From: Blastocatellia bacterium
GTDB lineage: Bacteria; Acidobacteriota; Blastocatellia; UBA7656
Assembly (NCBI GenBank): GCA_035258805.1
Contig: DATFWY010000099.1
Location: 5,357-69,356 of the forward strand
Direction of reading: 5' to 3'
DNA: 64,000 bases
The position numbers and the translations under genes are program-made. The notes under the pieces are model-generated. The model did not search any database, was not told the origin of the DNA, and saw nothing but the letters and a program-made list of their open reading frames with translations. Below, one piece after another: positions 57,189 through 64,000 of this stretch. Each line of letters starts with the position of its first letter. The first letter of the stretch is position 1.

Positions 57189-58373
57189 TCAGACTAATTC
57201 CAACACCTTTCGGACTATGTCGCGCGCGGCGTGTGGCCGTCCAAGCGCGTACGCATTTCTTTTCATAGCAGCAAAACGCGCAGGGTCGGCCAGAAGTCGA
57301 TCAATTTTGTATGCCAGCGTCGGCATATTGTTGCAGCGAATTGCCGCTCCCGCTTCCAACAGGTGATCCGAATTACGTTCTTCTTGTCCCGGGATAGGAT
57401 TGGTAATCACCAGGACCAGGCCTTTTACCAACGCCTCCGAGGTTGTGAGACCGCCGGCTTTACCCACGATAAGATCGGACGCCGCCATGTATTCATCCAT
57501 TTCATTGGTGTATCCGACTGCCTTAATGTTTATTCTTCCTTCGCTGCTGATGGTTGTTGCCAGGTCGGAGACGCGTTTCTTCAGATTCTCATTGCGTCCG
57601 CAGATCGCGACGATCTGTGCATTGTGTTTCATACCCATTAGAGCGGCTAAGATCGGCTGAAACGCGCCCACACCAAATCCTCCAGCCGACAATAGAATAG
57701 TCGTGCGATCAGTATCGAGACCGTGTTTACGTCGCATTTCGTGCTTGTGTTTGGGCTGTGAGAAAACCGGATCGATCGGAATTCCACTGACCGTGATCTT
57801 GCTCTCAGGAATCGACAGAGCTTCAAGATAAGCACGCGCTTCGTCAACCGCCACAAAATACTGCTCGTAATGATGGCAGAGCCACATTGCGTGAACATCG
57901 AAGTCCGTTACTATTATTGCCTGGCGACTGCTAATGCGCTCCTTGGCTTTGGGCCACGAAACAATCTCCGCCGGCAGAAAGTGCGTGCAGATGATGACGT
58001 CAGGCCTGTAGTCTCGCAATAACTTGACGAACTTACGGGTGTTTAGTTTATCGAGAGCCAAACGTCGTCGTTCATTCTCCCAGGGCTTATCCAACCGGTC
58101 ATAAAACCATCCCGACACCTCGGGCATTTTGTTTACAACATCGATGTAGGCCTTTGAATAGAGATGTCGGAAAATTCGGTTGGTGAACTCGAGGGTGTCA
58201 ACGTGACGAACCTCACAGGCAGCGGCGGCTTCATTTTCTGACTCATGAAATGCTTTTTCTATGGCTTGAGCAGCTCGGACGTGACCCGCGCCGGATGTTG
58301 CCGATAGCAATAGGACTTTCTTAAGCATTGCGATCAAATTCTTGGAGTGCAGAGAGCTCGAAGGATATATCAT
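57189..58373 (-). CDS. Monoglycosyldiacylglycerol synthase-like glycosyltransferase (GT28, MGDG_synth N-domain)
   Basis: LLLSATSGAGHVRAAQAIEKA is the N-terminus of MGDG/UgtP-type synthases. The C-terminal GT28 region ends LIVGKAGGLTTSEAL. Start probably MLKKVLLL at 58328. Confidence 0.7.
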   Translation of the reverse strand: MIYPSSSLHSKNLIAMLKKVLLLSATSGAGHVRAAQAIEKAFHESENEAAAACEVRHVDTLEFTNRIFRHLYSKAYIDVVNKMPEVSGWFYDRLDKPWENERRRLALDKLNTRKFVKLLRDYRPDVIICTHFLPAEIVSWPKAKERISSRQAIIVTDFDVHAMWLCHHYEQYFVAVDEARAYLEALSIPESKITVSGIPIDPVFSQPKHKHEMRRKHGLDTDRTTILLSAGGFGVGAFQPILAALMGMKHNAQIVAICGRNENLKKRVSDLATTISSEGRINIKAVGYTNEMDEYMAASDLIVGKAGGLTTSEALVKGLVLVITNPIPGQEERNSDHLLEAGAAIRCNNMPTLAYKIDRLLADPARFAAMKRNAYALGRPHAARDIVRKVLELV

Positions 58374-58539
58374 ATTACGGTTGCTTCAGGCGAACTGACG
58401 TATCGTGTGAGTTATTGGCGTCTTAGCGGCTTTGCGTCTCTGCGTTATTATGACGTCTCGATATCCAAAGATCTTCGTGTAACGCAAAGCCGCTCAGACG
58501 CAAAGGCGCAGACAATTAATGAATATACAGGAGGAGATT

Positions 58540-59409
58540 ATGCGGATTGGCTTTATTGGGTTGGGCATCATGGGAAGACCAATGGCACTGAACCTGATAA
58601 AAGCGGGCTTTTCGCTAATGGTCTACAACCGCACTGCCGCGAAGTGCAAACCTCTGGTCGACGCGGGCGCAGTCGGTGTCAACTCGCCGCGTGAAGTCGC
58701 CGCATCCTCAGATGTCGTTATTACAATCGTCTCGGATACTCCTGACGTCGAATCGGTTCTGTTCGGTAATGATGGGATTTCTTCCGGCTTGAAAGAAGGA
58801 GAGATCGTCATCGATATGAGCTCTATTTCTCCCTCGGCCACTCAACGATACGCGGCGCGATTGCGGGAACAGAGAGTCGAGATGCTCGATGCTCCAGTTA
58901 CTGGAGGCGAGAAAGGCGCAATCGAAGGCACGCTTGCGATTATGGTTGGAGGCAGCCGAGAGATATTCGACAAAGGTCTTCCAATTCTTCAGGCAATGGG
59001 CGGAACGATTGTGTATACCGGCGAGAGTGGAACCGGACAGAGAACGAAGCTGGTCAACCAGATTCTGTGCGCACAGCATATCGTGGCAATGTCCGACGGA
59101 TTGCGTTTCGCTAGAGAATCGGGGCTCGATTTGGAGACGACACTGAAGGTTGTTTCTGGGGGAGCGGCCGGGTCATGGATGTTGACCAATATGGCGCCCA
59201 GGATTTTGCGCGACGACTTTGCACCCGGCTTCACGATCAAGCTTCAGCATAAAGATTTGAGGCTAGTGCGTGAGGCACTGCAGGAAATGGAAGGAAGATA
59301 CCCTGCGACGGAGCTTTCGTATTCGTTGTTCAGCGAAGCAGTAACGAGCGGTCTCGGCGAACTAGGCACTCAGGGACTCATAAAACTGTACGAAGGCAGA
59401 AAGCAGTAG
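58540..59409 (+). CDS. NAD(P)-dependent 3-hydroxyisobutyrate / tartronate semialdehyde reductase family oxidoreductase
   Basis: [24 protein letters not shown] is the beta-hydroxyacid dehydrogenase Rossmann motif. The catalytic-Lys region is conserved. The track start at 58519 adds 7 aa. Confidence 0.85.
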   Translation: MRIGFIGLGIMGRPMALNLIKAGFSLMVYNRTAAKCKPLVDAGAVGVNSPREVAASSDVVITIVSDTPDVESVLFGNDGISSGLKEGEIVIDMSSISPSATQRYAARLREQRVEMLDAPVTGGEKGAIEGTLAIMVGGSREIFDKGLPILQAMGGTIVYTGESGTGQRTKLVNQILCAQHIVAMSDGLRFARESGLDLETTLKVVSGGAAGSWMLTNMAPRILRDDFAPGFTIKLQHKDLRLVREALQEMEGRYPATELSYSLFSEAVTSGLGELGTQGLIKLYEGRKQ

Positions 59410-59535
59410 GCAGAAAGCAGAAGGCGGCGGTGCTTTCCTACTGCCGACTGCGTTCTGCCGACTGCCTACTGCCGACTGCCTCCTGCCTCCTACGTTCTGC
59501 CGACTGCCTTCTGCCTACTGCCTCCTGCCTTCTGC
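59399..59535. repeat. GCAGTAGGCAG / CTGCCGACTGCCT direct and inverted repeat cluster between the dehydrogenase and PadR genes (terminator-like)
   Basis: gcagaaagcagtaggcagaaagcagaaggcgg is followed by cctactgccgactgcgttctgccgactgcctactgccgactgcctcctgcc. The related motif aagcaagtaggcagaaagtagctggcagtaggcag lies immediately after the stop codon at 11597..11632. Confidence 0.7.
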
Positions 59536-59579
59536 ATTCCTCCTTGCCATCCCTAACTCGCTTCTGGCATAGTTTCCCT

Positions 59580-59930
59580 ATGCCAGTTCGACGAGAGATC
59601 AGTCAGCGAGACGAAATTCCTCCCGGGACCCTCTACATGCTCATCCTGAAGACTCTCTCGCGCAGCGGCGAACTCCACGGTTACGAAATCGCCAACTCCA
59701 TTCAACAAATGTCCGGCGACGTGCTTCAGGTCGAAGAAGGATCACTCTACCCCGCCCTGCAACGAATGCTCCTCAAGGGCTGGGTCCGGGCCGAATGGGG
59801 CGTCACACCCGAAAATCGGCGCGCTCGCTACTATCGACTGACCACACTCGGGCGAAAAGAGCTTGAACTCGAGGTCTCCCAATTTCAACGCGTATTCGAA
59901 GCCATACAGCAGGTTCTGCGTCCCGCATAG
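59580..59930 (+). CDS. PadR family transcriptional regulator
   Basis: HGYEIANSIQQMSGDVLQVEEGSLYPALQRMLLKGWVRAEWG...RRARYYRLT. The track ORF from 59430 is an extension encoded by the GCAGTAGGCAG repeat, and ATG 59580 is preferred. Confidence 0.8.
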   Translation: MPVRREISQRDEIPPGTLYMLILKTLSRSGELHGYEIANSIQQMSGDVLQVEEGSLYPALQRMLLKGWVRAEWGVTPENRRARYYRLTTLGRKELELEVSQFQRVFEAIQQVLRPA

Positions 59931-59941
59931 CGAGGTGCCCA

Positions 59942-62575
59942 ATGAATTGGTTAAGCGAACTGGGAAGACGCTTACAGATGTTGCTCCGGCGCGATGAGTT
60001 CGACAGCGATCTCGAAGAAGAGATGAAGTTGCATATCCAGATGCGCGTCGACCAGCAGATCAAAGAAGGCGTTTCTGAAAAAGCCGCTCAAGCTGCCGCT
60101 CGAAGGCAATTTGGGAACGTCTTGTCACTGCGCGAGCAAAGCCAAGATGCATGGGGCTGGAGATGGCTCGAACAGCTCGTGCAGGACGTTCGTTATGGCA
60201 TTCGTACAATCTTTCGCGCACCCGGTTTCGCCACTATCACCGTTCTGACGCTGGCGCTTGGCATCGGCGGGACAACCGCGATATTCAGCGCCGTCTATCC
60301 CATACTCTTTCAGCCGCTGCCGTACCCAAATTCAGATCGCATAACTATGATCTGGGAGATTGGCCGCGAGGGAAAGCGTGACGAGGGTACCTTTGGAATG
60401 TATCGCGAGCTCGCGGAGAGAAACCAATCATACGACTCCATTGCAGAGATTAAGCCGTGGCAACCTACTATGACCGGGGTCGACCAACCCGAGCGATTGG
60501 ATGGTCAGCGTGTAAGCGCTACTTATTTCAAGGTACTCGGAATTGCGCCGGCCCTCGGCCGTGACTTCCAACAAAGCGAAGATCAACTCAACGGCGCCTC
60601 GGTGGCGATCTTGAGCGATTCGCTTTGGCGACGGCGCTTTGGCGCCGATCCCGATGTTGTCGGGCGTAAGGCAAGACTTGATGATAAGAGTTTTACCATC
60701 ATCGGAGTGATGCCGAATCGTTTTGAAAACGTTTTAGATCCAACCGCGGAATTGTGGACGACGCTCCAATACGATATGTCTCAAGGTCGAGCGTGGGGTC
60801 ACCATTTGCGAGCTGTTGGCCGGCTTCGTCATGACGTAACGATGTCCCAGGCGATTGCGGAATTAAATGAAATAGGTCAGGCCGTTCTTGAAGAGCAACA
60901 CCCAGAAACCTATCGTCAGGAAGTCAAGTTCCTGGCGATATCATTGCACGATGATGTAATTCGCGGGGTCAAGCCGGCCCTAATGGCGATTATGGCAGCT
61001 GTTTTATTGGTCCTGGTGATCGCTTGCGTGAACGTAACAAACCTGCTGCTCGCTCGGGGAGTGCACAGGCGTGGCGAGTTCGCCTTGCGCGCCGCACTCG
61101 GCGCAGGACGAGGCCGCCTTTTGCGACAACTCCTGACCGAGAGCTTGCTGCTTGCTGCATTCGGCGGGTTAGTCGGAATAATCATCGCCGATTTTGGTGT
61201 GCACGCGTTGGTTTCTTTGAGCCCGCCCGGATTACCGCGAGTAAACGCTATAGCGATCAATTACGCGGTATTCGTATTTGGAATCGCGATTACAACTCTG
61301 ATTGGCGTCGCGTTCGGATTGATTCCTGCGCTGCACGCATCCCGACGTGATCCTAATGGCGATCTTCAGTACGGATCGCCACGTTCCGCCGGAGGACACA
61401 GGCGCACGCGCAACTCGCTGGTAATCGTGGAGGTTGCATTGGCGCTCGTACTGCTGGTCAGCTCAGGACTGTTGCTGCGAAGTCTCCAACGATTGTTTGC
61501 TGTTGATACAGGATTTGACTCTTCGCGGCTGCTCACCATGCTTGTTCAAACCTCAACCATCCGTTTCTCGGACAAGGATGCGATAAATCGATTTTTCGAA
61601 CAGTCGCTTGAGGCGGTTAAACGGGTTCCTGGTGTATCCGCCGCGGCGTTCACCAGCCAGTTACCCATGAGCGGTGACAGCGATCTGTATGGGGTTCAGT
61701 TCGACCCTGTCCCTTTAGATGATCCGGGAGAGATTCGCGGAACCTTTCGCTACGCGATTAGTCCCGACTATCTGGAACTGATGCGAATACCTTTAAAGAG
61801 CGGACGGTATCTGGAAGAGCACGATGGATCGGATGCTCCTCTTGTAGCGGTGATTAGTGAGTCGCTGGTCAAGAGGCGGCTGAAGGGACTGGACCCGCTT
61901 GGGCAGCGTCTTCGCATAGGCACCGGGCCGCTTTACACCGTTGTCGGTGTAGTAGGCGATGTAAGACAGGTATCCCTGGCGCTATCCGAACCAGACGCGG
62001 TGTACACAACCGCGAGCCAGTGGAGATCAACAGACAATTCGATGTCGCTGGTGGTGCGAGCACGGAACGAAGCTATGCCTTCGGTATCGGACCTCCGTCG
62101 CGCAATTTGGTCAGTCGACAAAGACCAGCCGGTCTTGCGCGTTCGTACGATGGACGATCTGCTTGCGGCGTCGGCTGAGGAGCGTCGATTCGCTCTGATA
62201 GTTTTTGAAGCCTTCGCGGCGGCGGCATTGGTGCTCGCGGCGGCGGGTCTATACGGTGTGCTTTCGGGCAGCGTGGCGGAGAGAACTCGCGAGTTCGGCG
62301 TGCGTCTCGCGCTCGGCGCATCACGCGAAAGCATTCTCTCTCTGGTTGTTCGACAAGGATTAATTCTTACCGGTTTGGGAATAGCAATAGGTCTCGCGGG
62401 AGCGGTTGCTTCCAGTCAGGCGCTCGTATCGATGCTGTACGGGATAACGAGTTTAGATCCAGTTACATATTTTGGTGTGGTTCTGGTTTTGACTGTCGTG
62501 TCGATATTAGCTTGCGCGGTGCCGGCGTGGCGCGCGGTGAATGTCGATCCTGCAATAACGCTTCGGGCCGAATAA
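59942..62575 (+). CDS. ABC transporter permease, FtsX/MacB-like duplicated 'ADOP' family
   Basis: 877 aa. Collinear with 4534..7206 (blocks LQDVRYGIRT, VNVTNLLLARG, TESLLLA and two FtsX modules). Follows a PadR gene. Confidence 0.9.
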   Translation: MNWLSELGRRLQMLLRRDEFDSDLEEEMKLHIQMRVDQQIKEGVSEKAAQAAARRQFGNVLSLREQSQDAWGWRWLEQLVQDVRYGIRTIFRAPGFATITVLTLALGIGGTTAIFSAVYPILFQPLPYPNSDRITMIWEIGREGKRDEGTFGMYRELAERNQSYDSIAEIKPWQPTMTGVDQPERLDGQRVSATYFKVLGIAPALGRDFQQSEDQLNGASVAILSDSLWRRRFGADPDVVGRKARLDDKSFTIIGVMPNRFENVLDPTAELWTTLQYDMSQGRAWGHHLRAVGRLRHDVTMSQAIAELNEIGQAVLEEQHPETYRQEVKFLAISLHDDVIRGVKPALMAIMAAVLLVLVIACVNVTNLLLARGVHRRGEFALRAALGAGRGRLLRQLLTESLLLAAFGGLVGIIIADFGVHALVSLSPPGLPRVNAIAINYAVFVFGIAITTLIGVAFGLIPALHASRRDPNGDLQYGSPRSAGGHRRTRNSLVIVEVALALVLLVSSGLLLRSLQRLFAVDTGFDSSRLLTMLVQTSTIRFSDKDAINRFFEQSLEAVKRVPGVSAAAFTSQLPMSGDSDLYGVQFDPVPLDDPGEIRGTFRYAISPDYLELMRIPLKSGRYLEEHDGSDAPLVAVISESLVKRRLKGLDPLGQRLRIGTGPLYTVVGVVGDVRQVSLALSEPDAVYTTASQWRSTDNSMSLVVRARNEAMPSVSDLRRAIWSVDKDQPVLRVRTMDDLLAASAEERRFALIVFEAFAAAALVLAAAGLYGVLSGSVAERTREFGVRLALGASRESILSLVVRQGLILTGLGIAIGLAGAVASSQALVSMLYGITSLDPVTYFGVVLVLTVVSILACAVPAWRAVNVDPAITLRAE

Positions 62576-62616
62576 CTGATTAGGCTACTTCTAACACGGA
62601 CCATCAAAGTCGGAGT

Positions 62617-62943
62617 TTAGCGGATCTTTTTCGGTTTGATTTGTGCCGCATTAGGGCCGCGTCCGCCCCGACGACGACCGCTTGCATCATGTCCGTTTAC
62701 GAATTTCGTTGACTTCTTACTTAAACCGCCGCGCCGAGTGCGCACGACACTCGTGCGAGGGCCCCGCCCGTCAAACCTGCCATTGCGCGCATCGTGGCCG
62801 TTTACAAATTTTGTTGACTTCTTATTTAGTCCTCGTCCGTGACCACGTCCTTGTGCTGAGACATACAGAGGAATTGACAGCAACAATATCAGAGTCAACC
62901 AAACCACGCGTGCAGCAGCAAATTTTAAGAATTGATGTTTCAT
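62617..62943 (-). CDS. Small secreted Arg/Gly/Lys-rich protein with two tandem repeats of about 25 aa
   Basis: Probable start MKHQFLKFAAARVVWLTLILLLSIPLYVSAQ (signal peptide). Repeats GLNKKSTKFVNGHDARNGRFDGRGP and GLSKKSTKFVNGHDASGRRRGGRGP, encoded by a DNA tandem duplication at about 62650..62830. Confidence 0.45.
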   Translation of the reverse strand: MKHQFLKFAAARVVWLTLILLLSIPLYVSAQGRGHGRGLNKKSTKFVNGHDARNGRFDGRGPRTSVVRTRRGGLSKKSTKFVNGHDASGRRRGGRGPNAAQIKPKKIR

Positions 62944-63492
62944 AGCCTCCTCCTCCTTAATTAATTCGTAGTAAAAGTGAGGCGCCGGAGCCAACTCAGG
63001 TCGTTGTCGAATTGGCATTGGGCGGGGGAATATCACTCGGGACCGGCTTATACCACCAGGGTAGTACAACATAACTGATGATCAAATAGAAGAGTATTGC
63101 GATGAGCAGCCATGCGATCCAACCCAAAATCGACGCCGGTCGTCGCCGGCGGACTGATCGCAATCCGCGGTTGGCGTCGAATGCATCAGATTTGTGTATT
63201 GTCGCACTTCTATTTGACATATTAATTCAGTTGATTGAACGCAAAACATGTACCTCATCATTTATCTTAGCGACATAATCCTCGTTACTTAGAAGCCGCA
63301 GATTACGACGGTAATCCTCAAAAAATAACCATTCTTAATGCATTGTGCTGATACACTCCAGGCGTCCGACTCCTGTACATCTCAGAATAGTTAAGGAGTC
63401 CTTAACGCTATTCTTAAGAATCACGATTGGCCCGATTCTTGACTACATCAAACTGGCAAACGAACTAGTCTTTTAGATTCAAGAGGATCTTA

Positions 63493-63942
63493 GTGATGAC
63501 GCGACGAAAATCAGGAACAGCCACCAAGCGACAAAGGAATGGCAGAGTAACGAAAAAAAAGAAGGATGATGAGATTCCCCCACGTCCAAATGACGGTTTA
63601 ACGATTCCGGACCAGGAGGAGCTTGTTCTGGAAAACCTTGCCGAAATCGGTGCACGGCGAACCCAGCAAACGCTGGAACAACACAAGCCTACCGGCCCGG
63701 AGTTGACCGGTGGCGATCTGGATGCTGACTGGCAGGCTGCGGAAGCGGTAGGTGACGAAGCGGTCGGCGGTCACGCTCCAACTCCGGATCAAAGCGTGGT
63801 TGATGAGCTTGGACATGCCATTGGTTTCGACGAAAAAGATGGTGAATTGCACTCATTGGAGGAACGCGCGGTGAAGCGGGATCACGATCGATGGGAACTG
63901 GATCGGCGATCTGCGGATACTGAACCCCGATCTGAGGAATAA
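63493..63942 (+). CDS. Hypothetical acidic protein
   Basis: 149 aa, with a basic N-terminus and an acidic remainder (GGDLDADWQAAEAVGDEAVGGHAPTPDQ). No domain assigned. Confidence 0.45.
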   Translation: MMTRRKSGTATKRQRNGRVTKKKKDDEIPPRPNDGLTIPDQEELVLENLAEIGARRTQQTLEQHKPTGPELTGGDLDADWQAAEAVGDEAVGGHAPTPDQSVVDELGHAIGFDEKDGELHSLEERAVKRDHDRWELDRRSADTEPRSEE

Positions 63943-64000
63943 TCAGGATTTCAGGTTCAATCTTACTCTGCGTAATCTGCGGATGAGTTGGTTGGCCTAA

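Noticed and set aside
62996-63220. 74-aa minus-strand ORF upstream of the RG-rich secreted protein
   Set aside because: One hydrophobic segment only, with no homology cues. It overlaps the track's extended version of the neighbouring ORF. Left uncalled (could be a real small membrane protein).
1-64000. Mobile elements, integrases or transposases
   Set aside because: No transposase, integrase, recombinase or phage structural motifs were recognised in any frame. The repeats present are short non-coding elements.

Overview
This 64 kb window looks like an Acidobacteriota-type chromosomal segment. The evidence is three PadR regulators with partner genes, two of them full-length FtsX/'ADOP'-type duplicated permeases. 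Two DUF1549/DUF1553 cytochrome-c-like giants and a DUF1501 partner point the same way, as do an exosortase-family protein, a low Shine-Dalgarno signal and frequent TTG/GTG starts. It is mostly a dense mix of housekeeping and accessory genes: GalE, an Old Yellow Enzyme, a phytoene-desaturase-like oxidoreductase, GH2, an APC permease, a DegT aminotransferase, PolX, topoisomerase IB, an amidohydrolase, a PIG-L deacetylase and an MGDG-synthase-like GT28. No rRNA, tRNA, CRISPR array, IS element or prophage gene was recognised. The most notable single item is at 49163..49951. The ORF track splits it at an in-frame TGA (49649..49651) into a 162-aa and a 93-aa ORF. Read through with selenocysteine, it gives a GrdB/PrdB-family 'selenoprotein B' homologue, and a stem-loop starts 4 nt after the TGA, a plausible bacterial SECIS. 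Other candidates, in window order: an overlapping nucleotidyltransferase-like / EEP-nuclease-phosphatase gene pair (7798..9023); a four-gene minus-strand cluster of uncharacterised proteins with a cytoplasmic PhoD-like metallophosphatase (16459..20969); a class-3 lipase / alpha-dioxygenase-like haem peroxidase operon (22739..25471), a possible oxylipin pathway; a VIT-vWA protein with a non-canonical C-terminal sorting signal 4-bp-overlapped by a small exosortase-family gene (54349..57155); and divergent to that pair, tandem paralogous Rieske [2Fe-2S] proteins with a large uncharacterised helical domain (50666..54184). At least five families of short dispersed or tandem intergenic repeats occur: a CTGAATCTGCAAT satellite, a GCAAAG-N-GCAAAG motif, a CTGCGTAATCTGCGGAT palindromic element, an AATTCGTTACTACGTGA hairpin element and a GCAGTAGGCAG element. 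Most lie in promoter or divergent intergenic regions. A glycosyltransferase region (26391..27981) and a DUF1440 gene carry several frameshifts, possibly homopolymer sequencing errors. The ORF track omits genes that run off the window edge, so the minus-strand gene at 1..2697 was reconstructed by hand.
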